This document shows positions 9,631 through 18,315 of a DNA stretch of 64,000 bases, piece after piece. The stretch is from Fervidobacterium sp. GTDB lineage: Bacteria; Thermotogota; Thermotogae; Thermotogales; Fervidobacteriaceae. The notes beneath the pieces were generated by a model. It was not told the origin of the DNA. It was given only the letters and a program-made list of their open reading frames with translations, and made no database searches. The stretch lies in the NCBI GenBank assembly GCA_049970055.1, contig JBMFNR010000002.1, forward strand, positions 180,406 through 244,405. The letters run 5' to 3'. The translations under genes were made by a program, and so were the position numbers. Each line of letters opens with the position of its first letter. Position 1 is the first letter of the stretch.

Positions 9631-10410
9631 GTGGTAAGTATAAGTAGCGTATTTGTTAAAATGTTTGGAGAGTGGGCTATTTATGTTGACGAAAAAAAGA
9701 TTGAAAAAATCAGATCAAAAAAAGCGTTAAAGCTGCTTTTTTATTTACTTTTATCTGAAGGTTCGAGGGTTTCCATCTCAGAATTGTCAAAAATTTTTTG
9801 GAAAGGTTTAGATGAAGAATATGTACGGAAAAACCTAAATGTTCAGCTATACTATATACGCAAAGACCTTGGAGTTGACGAAAATTATATCAGAAGTGAG
9901 AGAGAATATGTTTACATAAACAAAGATTTTATAAAAAGCGATTATCAAGCATTTTTAAATATGTTAAAAAGCCAAGATTATTTGGGGCGTGTGAAAGAAA
10001 TAAGGAACATATACTCTGGAGCACTGTTACAAGGGCTTTCTGAACCCTGGATAGAAAAGCACAGATACTTGGTACAGATATTATACGAAGAAGCTATCGA
10101 AGGTAAGCGTACAGATTCTAGTGATAAATTTGCAAAAGCTAAAGTTATTCTTGAACATCAAAAGTACACCAGGGGAAAGTACTTTGTACCGATTTTGGTT
10201 AAAAAGATTCCACCTTATTATTCAACCATTAGTGTTAGAAGAGGGGATATTGTTTTAGATTTGTATATAGGAAGAATATTCATATTGGAATCCGGAAGAA
10301 AAGATCCAACAGAGGTTGCAAAAGGTTTCCTAAAACGCTTAAACTTGGAGAACGGTGAGATTGAGATATTAAGTGAAGATGCTGCTTTAAATTTTATAAA
10401 CAAATTTTAA
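9631..10410 (+). CDS. SARP/BTAD transcriptional regulator
   Basis: VKMFGEWAI, RSKKALKLLFYLLL, ELSKIFW, NLNVQLYYIRKDLG, SDYQAF, IYSGALLQGLSEPWIEKHR. Confidence 0.8.
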   Translation: MVSISSVFVKMFGEWAIYVDEKKIEKIRSKKALKLLFYLLLSEGSRVSISELSKIFWKGLDEEYVRKNLNVQLYYIRKDLGVDENYIRSEREYVYINKDFIKSDYQAFLNMLKSQDYLGRVKEIRNIYSGALLQGLSEPWIEKHRYLVQILYEEAIEGKRTDSSDKFAKAKVILEHQKYTRGKYFVPILVKKIPPYYSTISVRRGDIVLDLYIGRIFILESGRKDPTEVAKGFLKRLNLENGEIEILSEDAALNFINKF

Positions 10411-10453
10411 ATTGTGTGATTATCCAAATTTGAATACTTTGGCGGTGAATACG

Positions 10454-11833
10454 ATGAGTAGAGTGTATTTCAAATTGTTCTTTGTATTCTGTTTTTTCGT
10501 GCTAGTACAAGTTTTCGCCCTTGAAATTTCACCAAATTTGGTTTATCAAATTGAGACTAGTAAAAATATCTTTACTTACTCTTTCTTCGTAAAGAACGAC
10601 ATACCTGGTGAAAGTCTGATAAACATAGAGATAATAGATTTCATAACCGATGGAAAGAACTATGTTTTTGATGATCCAAGCTATAAGTATAGTTTGAGAA
10701 AGTATGTATCGCTGAGAGAATATGATTTTACGCTGAAACCGCAAGAACAAAAAGAAGTCTCTCTAAATTTTGATGTACCAGCTGATTTTCCAGGTGCCTC
10801 GGGAATTTTCGCGCTTAAGATCTCTCAGGAAAGCGTATCTGGTGGGAAAGTTCAGTTGAGATTGAACTACATAGTTCCATTCTTTGTTAGATTTAATTAT
10901 ATTCCTGTTTTTCAATCTATAAAGATTGCAAACATGTCGGTCAGAAATCTGCTCCAGGAGCCGGATGAAAAATACGGAAATTTTGGTTCGTTGGTAACTA
11001 TCGAACTTGAGAACAACGGAAATTTAGCCTTTATACCAAAGGGAAGTATTCAGATAACATCAAGAGAGTTGCGGACAACTATAACAGAAATTCCAGTTGA
11101 TTCGTTTGATCTTGTTATCTTTCCTGAAAAGAAGACATACTACACATTCTACACACCTTATATTCTACCAAGTGGTACTTTGGATATATTTATAACTGGA
11201 AAATCATATGGTATGGATTTTCAATTCTCTGGTTCTGTGAAGAATAACAATGAAGTTAAAGATAGTTTGTATTATTTCGATAGAGATGTGCTTCTGTTTT
11301 CCGATAAAACAAAGACAACAATACAATCTTTTAATATCATGAATCTTTCACCATTGAAAGAAAGTGTAAATGTGTTAGTTGATAACCAAAAGGTATCGAT
11401 TCTCCCTAAAAAGGTAATAATCTACCCCTATAAATCAACAAGTTTCAGTGTGCGTATTTCAGAGAAAGACTTTAATTTTAGTGGAGATAGGATCTATGCT
11501 GTAAACATTTCAGATGTTGAGGGCAATCAGAGATCTGCGGTAAATAATTTATTAATTGTTTTTAGGGGTAACACTGTTAGACCAAACATTGAGGCACAGC
11601 TAAAAAATGATAAAAATCAGTCGATCCTTGTGGTAAGAAATAGCGGTGATTGTATACTAGAATTTAATGTTATCTACCAAGGTAACACAGTCAACGATTC
11701 ACCGCTTAGGATTTTCCCGGGTCAAACTATAAATCTAGAACTTGGTAGGATAGTCCAAAGCTCAAACTTAGCAATTGAATACAATGTTTACGGGGAGAGA
11801 GAAAAATTCAAACTTGAGAATGTACATCAATAA
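10454..11833 (+). CDS. Secreted multi-Ig-domain protein, DUF916/DUF3324- or PapD-like chaperone candidate
   Basis: Signal peptide ending VFA then LEISP; FTLKPQEQKEVSLNFDVPADFPG; IELENNGN; further Ig-type repeats (VRNSGD..IFPGQT). Confidence 0.6.
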   Translation: MSRVYFKLFFVFCFFVLVQVFALEISPNLVYQIETSKNIFTYSFFVKNDIPGESLINIEIIDFITDGKNYVFDDPSYKYSLRKYVSLREYDFTLKPQEQKEVSLNFDVPADFPGASGIFALKISQESVSGGKVQLRLNYIVPFFVRFNYIPVFQSIKIANMSVRNLLQEPDEKYGNFGSLVTIELENNGNLAFIPKGSIQITSRELRTTITEIPVDSFDLVIFPEKKTYYTFYTPYILPSGTLDIFITGKSYGMDFQFSGSVKNNNEVKDSLYYFDRDVLLFSDKTKTTIQSFNIMNLSPLKESVNVLVDNQKVSILPKKVIIYPYKSTSFSVRISEKDFNFSGDRIYAVNISDVEGNQRSAVNNLLIVFRGNTVRPNIEAQLKNDKNQSILVVRNSGDCILEFNVIYQGNTVNDSPLRIFPGQTINLELGRIVQSSNLAIEYNVYGEREKFKLENVHQ

Positions 11834-11869
11834 TAGGACCAATAAAAACAATAACAAGGTGGGAGTAAA

Positions 11870-13009
11870 TTGAGGGGGAAAAGTACTTCAAGCATTTTCA
11901 GAAAAGTATTAATCTTGCTTATTTTTGCTGCGACAGCTTTGGTATTTTCCGATGAAATCAGTTTTTTTAATACAAATATTAAAGATGTCCTTAACACCAT
12001 ATCACTAGACTATGGTAAAGTGATACTATACGAACCAAATATCACTGGGGCTGTTACTTTAAATCTGTCTTCTGAACATATCGATTTCGAAAGGCTTCTT
12101 ACCCTCATATTATTGCCATACAACTACTATTGGACGAAGATAGAAGATATTTATTTTGTGGGAATTGCGAATCCAAATTCTCCATCTTTCGTTAATGTTT
12201 CAAGAATGTATGAAATACCTCTTAGATACACAAGTTCAGATAAAATCTACGATATGATTCCCAAAGTTTTTCAAGATTATATAATTAAGCAATATACTGC
12301 GGATAATTTATTGGTATATGCTCCAATTCCTATTGCCTCGAAAATTGCAAACTTTGTTTCTAAAATTGACAAACCACTAGAGAAGAGAAGTATCGAAATA
12401 AAAATAGTGGATACAAGTGAGAGCTATCTGAAATCATTGCTAAATGATGTATTAGTTTTATCGGGATCTACGATCGTTCCCTTTTTGCCAAACCAGATTC
12501 AAGTGTCACTACCTTCAATGAGTCTAAACGTAATTTACGCTAATTCCAAAGATGAAGAAGGCCAGTTTCAAGTCATATACGAAGGGATATTAAATGCTTC
12601 AAACGACGTGCCTTTGAAAGTTTCAACACAAAAAGTAATGACTGTTAATAAGTACTCAGACGGAAAACTTATTTCAACTCAAACCACGTCTGAGATAAAT
12701 GTTCAAATTACTCCAAAGTTTCTTTATACTTCTTGTTTAATTGATGTAGATGTACAAATCAGCGGTTTGCCAACAGCCAATGAAGCAAACTTTGAAAGCA
12801 GAGGATCTTCTTTAAAAACAACAACAAATATTGAATATGGGAAGTACTATGTACTTGCATCGGTTAGTTACGACAGGCTTGTACAAAAAGAGGGCGGAGT
12901 TACTGTCCTTAAAGATATTCCTATCATTGGAAATTTCTTCAAAAGATATTACTACGAAACAGAAAAAAGATATATAATCTTTATACTTAGTGTGGGTGAT
13001 AAGCAATGA
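11870..13009 (+). CDS. Secretin (GspD/PilQ family), compact form
   Basis: Signal peptide, N0-like FFNTNIKDVL..ITGAVTLNL, N3-like IPLRY..SKIDKP..IEIKIVD, secretin signature GVTVLKDIPIIGNFFK. Confidence 0.85.
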   Translation: MRGKSTSSIFRKVLILLIFAATALVFSDEISFFNTNIKDVLNTISLDYGKVILYEPNITGAVTLNLSSEHIDFERLLTLILLPYNYYWTKIEDIYFVGIANPNSPSFVNVSRMYEIPLRYTSSDKIYDMIPKVFQDYIIKQYTADNLLVYAPIPIASKIANFVSKIDKPLEKRSIEIKIVDTSESYLKSLLNDVLVLSGSTIVPFLPNQIQVSLPSMSLNVIYANSKDEEGQFQVIYEGILNASNDVPLKVSTQKVMTVNKYSDGKLISTQTTSEINVQITPKFLYTSCLIDVDVQISGLPTANEANFESRGSSLKTTTNIEYGKYYVLASVSYDRLVQKEGGVTVLKDIPIIGNFFKRYYYETEKRYIIFILSVGDKQ

Positions 13010-14382
13010 GAATCTTTTTTTCATTTTTGATTTCAGTCGTAACCATTTTTGTACCCGCTATAACTTTTGCTATAACCCTTGATTTTCAAGACGCGCTTCT
13101 TAGTGATATATTTAACGAAATTACTAACCAATCGAAAATTACGCTCATTTATCCAAGCGATGTAGGGGCATTAACAACTTCAATAGCTGTTCAAAATGTT
13201 GATGTTCAAACTGCACTGAATTTGATTCTTTTGCCACTCGGTTTAGATTACGAAAGGATCGATAACGATACATATGTTGTCTTCTCTAAGAAAGTAAAAT
13301 CATTTCCGAGAATTCTTGGGCAATATCAAGCACATTATGTGGATCCTGTACACTTAAGTGGAATTATCAAAGTGCTTGGCTTTGATGCCTATACTTTCAA
13401 CGGAATAGTGTTTTTTTACGTTCCAAGCAGTGATATTTTAAATCATATACTTAGTGTCCTGGAGAGCATCGATAAGAGAAACGATCAACTAGTTATCCTC
13501 TACCGTATTGAAAGATATTCTACTAATCAATTTTATGCTACAAATAATCATATAGAATTATCCACAGCTTTACAAAAAGTCATCAAAGAAGAATTAAAAG
13601 AATTCATCCTAGATGAAATTTTTGGTACACTTTACCTGGATCTTAATGCGGAAGATAACAAGAGAATCTTGTCATATAACGACGAGCTTGTGATGGAGAT
13701 TACTAACGAAAGTTCAACTGATACAGCTAATGATATTTTTCTTACAATAAAAACCATGCAAGAAGCATTGAAAATTAAGAGAGAAGATTTAAAGGCAAGC
13801 ATAGATGAAGTAAAATCGTATACATTAAGATCCGGAAAAGATGTTTTTCGTGTAACTTTAAAAGTTTTACCTGCCACTGAACAAATCGCAATGAAGATGG
13901 AAGAATATACAATGGATACGATAAAAGAAAATAAAAACTATTTAAAAATAAACTATACATCTTCTAATACAACATTTACAGTGGGGGCAAGAGGGATTTT
14001 TTCGGAAGTAAGTGTGGCGAATAAAGATCTAACACTAAGAAGTGTCACGGTTGGTGCAAATTTAATTGATGGTTTATTACTTTGTTTAGGATATAACTAT
14101 GAGTCTGAAAATTACTTTTTGACATTAACAGACATATTAGAAACTGAATGGATATATTTTTCACCAAGCATTAGATACGACATTTCCAAAAATACCTTTA
14201 ATATCACATCCGAAACGTTACTAAAATTTAGATTCGAAAGGTTTTACTTAGGCCCTACAATTTTTATCGAGGGAAAAATCTTTTTTGGTATGAACGTGGG
14301 TTTAAGCGATGATACATTTGCTTTCGGTATATTTACGGACACAAATATGAATTGGGGGCTTCAATTGAAACTAAAATGGTAG
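13006..14382 (+). CDS. Secretin-N (STN/N3)-domain protein with putative C-terminal outer-membrane beta-barrel
   Basis: ITLDFQDALLSDIF..LNLILLPLGLDY; HYVDP..LESID; amphipathic strands ending WGLQLKLKW. Confidence 0.6.
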   Translation: MRIFFSFLISVVTIFVPAITFAITLDFQDALLSDIFNEITNQSKITLIYPSDVGALTTSIAVQNVDVQTALNLILLPLGLDYERIDNDTYVVFSKKVKSFPRILGQYQAHYVDPVHLSGIIKVLGFDAYTFNGIVFFYVPSSDILNHILSVLESIDKRNDQLVILYRIERYSTNQFYATNNHIELSTALQKVIKEELKEFILDEIFGTLYLDLNAEDNKRILSYNDELVMEITNESSTDTANDIFLTIKTMQEALKIKREDLKASIDEVKSYTLRSGKDVFRVTLKVLPATEQIAMKMEEYTMDTIKENKNYLKINYTSSNTTFTVGARGIFSEVSVANKDLTLRSVTVGANLIDGLLLCLGYNYESENYFLTLTDILETEWIYFSPSIRYDISKNTFNITSETLLKFRFERFYLGPTIFIEGKIFFGMNVGLSDDTFAFGIFTDTNMNWGLQLKLKW

Positions 14383-14828
14383 GAAGGTAAATTCTAAAAG
14401 CACGGTGAAGGTATCAGATTGGATATCGGAATAATCGATGTTGAATGTAACAATAAAATCACCAGCTAAGAACTTGCTTGCAACCTCAATTGGTTGATTT
14501 GGTATGATCCTCTTATTTCTCACATGAATTTCTAACACGCTCGGTGTTTGCAATGTTTGAGTATTATAAGTAAGCAGTATCTTGAAGGCCTATTGGATGC
14601 CAAAGATAAAAGCCGAACAGTTGCTGTGTTGTTTGTATCATCTATTGGCACAACTTGCGCTTCATCGTATAACCATTGTACAGAAACGTTTTGTTTTACT
14701 GCAAAGACTAATACCTGTGACCGAACATTTCCGCCTGGTTCCACAAGAGCATAAAAGTATCCTGCAAAGAAAGTAGTACTAACTATAGAAAGTAAGATAA
14801 AGACCGCAAAATACTTGCTTAACTTCAT
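14371..14828 (-). pseudogene. FLPF-family paralog 2, split by a 1-nt deletion near 14585 (or sequencing error)
   Basis: Adding one T gives SNRPFKILL... joining ORF 14532-14831 to ORF 14371-14553; the joined protein aligns end-to-end with 5759-6214. Confidence 0.85.
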
Positions 14829-14848
14829 CAAAATTCACTTCCTTTTAG

Positions 14849-15262
14849 CTAGAAAGGTAAAAACACAAACGTTAAGACCAATTTGAAGTCATCAAGCAGA
14901 GGTGGAAACGAAAAATACAGGTCCAAATATCCCGATATGTAAGAATTTTTAATTTTCGTTGGTGTATATGGATTCATTGAGATTGATCTTTTCCCTATGT
15001 ATATATAGTTAACCTTTATATCACTATTCAAACTATCTCCAACGTATACACTTGGGTTGACATACATTTTAAACTTTGCCTCTGAATAAATTGCAATATA
15101 TCCAATTCTAACACGTGTTGTTGTTTGTGAAATTACAATAGGAAGGCTTTCGTCGTAAAACCAATCTATGTATATATATTGTGCGGGGAATATCGTTGTA
15201 TTGAAAAGTATTACCATAGGTGCCATAAATAGAATAAATAAAAAAGGTTTAATCTCTATCAT
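14849..15262 (-). CDS. FLPF-family paralog 3, secreted/membrane-anchored
   Basis: QYIYIDWFYD, SEAKFK, ISGYLDLYF, LTFVFLPF match the other paralogs; AGGGGAG RBS before ATG 15262. Confidence 0.75.
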   Translation of the reverse strand: MIEIKPFLFILFMAPMVILFNTTIFPAQYIYIDWFYDESLPIVISQTTTRVRIGYIAIYSEAKFKMYVNPSVYVGDSLNSDIKVNYIYIGKRSISMNPYTPTKIKNSYISGYLDLYFSFPPLLDDFKLVLTFVFLPF

Positions 15263-15320
15263 TCCATCTCCCCTTTTACATTTTCTAGTGGTATTATACC
15301 ACTTTTTTGTCCAAAAAAAC

Positions 15321-15347
15321 AAAAACCGCGGAATTTAATCCGCGGTA
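15321..15347 (-). terminator. Intrinsic terminator
   Basis: ACCGCGGA/TCCGCGGT stem with T tract on minus strand. Confidence 0.75.
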
Positions 15348-15419
15348 AGAGTTTCAAAAGATCTTAATAAACGTTAAACAATCTAACACAATTAAATACT
15401 ACCGAATACGATCAAATAA

Positions 15420-15947
15420 TCATATTGTCTGTATCCAAAGAATTTTGGCTTTTTCTTTTCCCGGGTTTCTCAAGTAATGTATGCAATCTGCAGAATAGTA
15501 GAAACAGTCTCCTTCGTTTGCTCTGTACTTTTTTCCGTCGATATAGACATCTACTGAACCTTCAATTACGTAACCGAATTCATCGCCATCGTGATAGTCT
15601 TCTTGTTCGGTTTGTGCTCCAGGCTCAAGCTCCACGATCTTCGCATCAACTTCTTTGTCTTCCACCCCATCCATCAGTATTTCTATTTTAACACCTTTTG
15701 GTAATTCATACAAAGGAACGCGCTCATTTTTCTTAAAGATGATCTTCTTTTGCTCTTCGGAGAAGAAGTGTTTCAGATCCGTTCCCAAAACTCTCAAAAC
15801 ACGTTCAAGCGTTTCCACAGACGGAGAGACCTTGTCACTCTCAAGTTGAGAAATAAAACTTCTTGAAAGATCACACCGATCAGCTAGTTCTTCTTGGGTG
15901 TAACCTCTTGCCATTCTTAGTCGCTTAATTTTACTACCAAGCTTCAT
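15420..15947 (-). CDS. XRE-HTH/cupin transcriptional regulator (PuuR-like)
   Basis: TQEELADRCDLSRSFISQLE HTH; HDGDEFGYVIEG cupin; downstream of speDE. Confidence 0.9.
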   Translation of the reverse strand: MKLGSKIKRLRMARGYTQEELADRCDLSRSFISQLESDKVSPSVETLERVLRVLGTDLKHFFSEEQKKIIFKKNERVPLYELPKGVKIEILMDGVEDKEVDAKIVELEPGAQTEQEDYHDGDEFGYVIEGSVDVYIDGKKYRANEGDCFYYSADCIHYLRNPGKEKAKILWIQTI

Positions 15948-15964
15948 ACTTTCACCCCAAAGTT

Positions 15965-15991
15965 AAAAAACGGCAGGAAGCTCCCCTGCCC
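15965..15991 (-). terminator. Terminator after speE
   Basis: GGCAGG/CCTGCC stem + T6 on minus strand. Confidence 0.6.
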
Positions 15992-16000
15992 TGTATTTTT

Positions 16001-16888
16001 TCATTCTTCGATATACTTTTTAACAAAGTTCGGAAGTGCGAATGCTGCCACGTGAATTTCTTCGTTGTAATACCTGAGTGGTTCTTTGAAATTTCTAACT
16101 TTCTCTGGGTTGAAATCCTTCACTGGATCGAGCCCAGCTTTTGAAGCGTATGTATAGGACCAAATTCCACCGGGATACGTTGGCATAAATCCGAGGTACA
16201 TCCTTGCAATCGGGAAATTTGCTTTTATTCTTTTGTAAGCCGTTGACCCCCATTCATAATCATATGTCATACCTTCTGTTTGGGCACAAAGAATTCCATC
16301 TTCTTTTAATGCGTCGTAACATGCCTTATAAAAATCGAGCGTGAATAAATGTCCTCCTTCACCGGCTGTTGGATCTGTTGAGTCAATAATGATAACATCG
16401 AACTCGTTTTTGAATTGCCTTATAAACTTCGAACCATCTTCGTAAACAAGTTCAACACGTGGATCTGTTAACTTTGACGCCGTGTATGGAAGATACTCCA
16501 TGGCAGCCTTTACCACAAGCTCATCGATTTCACACATCACTGCTTTTTCAACGGAAGGATGTTTCAAAACTTCTCGGATGCTTCCACCGTCTCCACCACC
16601 GATGACAAGGACCTTTTTTGGGTTTGGATGCATAAACATCGGGACGTGGACGAGCATTTCATGGTACATAAATTCGTCAATCTCCGTTGTCATTGTGATA
16701 CCGTCCAAAGAGAAAACTCTTCCATAAAAAGGTGCTTCGAATATATCTATTCTTTGGTACTGACTTTGGGCAGAGTAAAGATATCTGTTAACTCTCATGA
16801 AAAGACCGCCTGGATCTTTTGAGTACCATTCCATGTATATCATATGTCTACCGAGCTTCAGTTCCTTTCCCAAGTTTTTATCTGCCAT
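16001..16888 (-). CDS. speE: Polyamine aminopropyltransferase (spermidine synthase)
   Basis: DEFMYHEML, VLVIGGGDGG, DVIIIDSTDP, PTYPGG. Confidence 0.96.
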   Translation of the reverse strand: MADKNLGKELKLGRHMIYMEWYSKDPGGLFMRVNRYLYSAQSQYQRIDIFEAPFYGRVFSLDGITMTTEIDEFMYHEMLVHVPMFMHPNPKKVLVIGGGDGGSIREVLKHPSVEKAVMCEIDELVVKAAMEYLPYTASKLTDPRVELVYEDGSKFIRQFKNEFDVIIIDSTDPTAGEGGHLFTLDFYKACYDALKEDGILCAQTEGMTYDYEWGSTAYKRIKANFPIARMYLGFMPTYPGGIWSYTYASKAGLDPVKDFNPEKVRNFKEPLRYYNEEIHVAAFALPNFVKKYIEE

Positions 16889-16994
16889 CTCAGCACCTCC
16901 TTTGTGTTTTTATCGGTTCGTTGTTCAATTTTGCAACTCATTTAGAATACTTTGAATGTATGAAGAATCTAAGAATAAATAACTATACTATGGC

Positions 16995-17405
16995 TTAAAC
17001 AATTTCAATCATTTCAACTTCAGCTTTGTGAGGTGCTTCTTCCGGTATCCCGATTTCGTCGTATCTACCTCTTAGATGCTCAACCACATGTGCCCTTTGA
17101 GATTTGAATATTTTTTTCAAATAAGTAAACGCTTTCCAAGGATCAACATGATCGCCACACGTAAACAAATCAACTGCTGCATACCCATATTCTGGCCAAG
17201 TATGAATTGTTAAATGAGATTCGCTAATCACAACAACACCGCTCACTCCATAGGGGAGGAACCGGTGAAAAGACGAGTTAACTATCGTTGCACCAGTTTC
17301 ATAAGCCGCTTGTTTCATGTGAAACTCAATCGCGTCGATGTTGTCGAGAATTTCCTTATCACAGTCGTAAAATTCTGCAATAATGTGTCTACCTAGGCTC
17401 TTCAT
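16995..17405 (-). CDS. speD: S-adenosylmethionine decarboxylase proenzyme
   Basis: [40 protein letters not shown]. Confidence 0.96.
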   Translation of the reverse strand: MKSLGRHIIAEFYDCDKEILDNIDAIEFHMKQAAYETGATIVNSSFHRFLPYGVSGVVVISESHLTIHTWPEYGYAAVDLFTCGDHVDPWKAFTYLKKIFKSQRAHVVEHLRGRYDEIGIPEEAPHKAEVEMIEIV

Positions 17406-17708
17406 GCTAATCCCTCCCCGTTATGTAGTATTTTTCGTTTGTCGTTTTAAATAGACATATTTGTACCATTTATATATTCATGTCTACTTAAATGAACAAA
17501 ATTTGTCAGTATTACGCACAATATTATATACATTAATATTCGTTTTTTTGGTTACGTAAAAGTAACTTTTTTGGTAATTTTTGGTTTAGAAACATGGGTG
17601 AAAGATTGTTGTGAAGTATAATATTTTGCATTTATTTTCTAAGAAAATTTCTAAGAACACAGTAAGTATAAATGAAGCATAAATAAGAGTATAAAAGGAG
17701 GTTCAGAT

Positions 17709-18311
17709 ATGGATATTCTCGAAACTCATCTGAAAAGGCTTATGATGTTTACAACGTTATTTATTACAGGTATTGTTGTATCAAACGTGATTGCTGCAAA
17801 AGTTGTCAAGATAGGTTTGTTTATTTTTCCTGCCTCCATTATCAGTTATACATTTACATTTATCCTATCCAACATGGTCTCAGAGTCACTAGATAGAAAA
17901 TATTCAAAGGCGTTAATTTACATGGGTTTTATAGCACAAGCTATCGCAAGTGGATTGATTTTAATTGGATTATTTATGCCGTCGGTAAGTTTGGAAAGAG
18001 CGGAAGCTTACAATATAATACTTGGAATGAATTGGCGTTTTACAATTGCAAGTTTCCTTGCTTATGGTACTTCACAATTCATTAACCATTACATCTTCAA
18101 TAAGGGGTTTTTTGATAGTGTTTTAATAGCAAATTTAGTTTCAGTTGGAGTTGCTCAATTTATTGATACGGTTGTCTTTACGTTTGTTGCATTTTTGGGA
18201 GTCTATGAAAATCTTTGGGCGATGATATTGTCTCAGTACGCCATTAAGGTTATAATTGTTATTGTGATGAATCCGATCTTTTTACTTACGAATCACTTAA
18301 GAAAAAAGTGA
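17709..18311 (+). CDS. Queuosine precursor transporter (YhhQ/VUT family)
   Basis: SNVIAAK, RFTIASFLAYGTSQ, QFIDTVVFTFVAF. Confidence 0.85.
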   Translation: MDILETHLKRLMMFTTLFITGIVVSNVIAAKVVKIGLFIFPASIISYTFTFILSNMVSESLDRKYSKALIYMGFIAQAIASGLILIGLFMPSVSLERAEAYNIILGMNWRFTIASFLAYGTSQFINHYIFNKGFFDSVLIANLVSVGVAQFIDTVVFTFVAFLGVYENLWAMILSQYAIKVIIVIVMNPIFLLTNHLRKK

Positions 18312-18315
18312 AAGG

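Noticed and set aside
5759..15262. Type IV pilin, T2SS pseudopilin or Tad interpretation of the small proteins
   Set aside because: No class III signal (G|FxxxE); they have Sec/SPI-like leaders, and no ATPase or platform gene is in the locus
17600..17708. preQ1 riboswitch upstream of the queuosine precursor transporter
   Set aside because: The only GGTTC lies within the RBS region; no preQ1 stem plus A-rich tail architecture is visible
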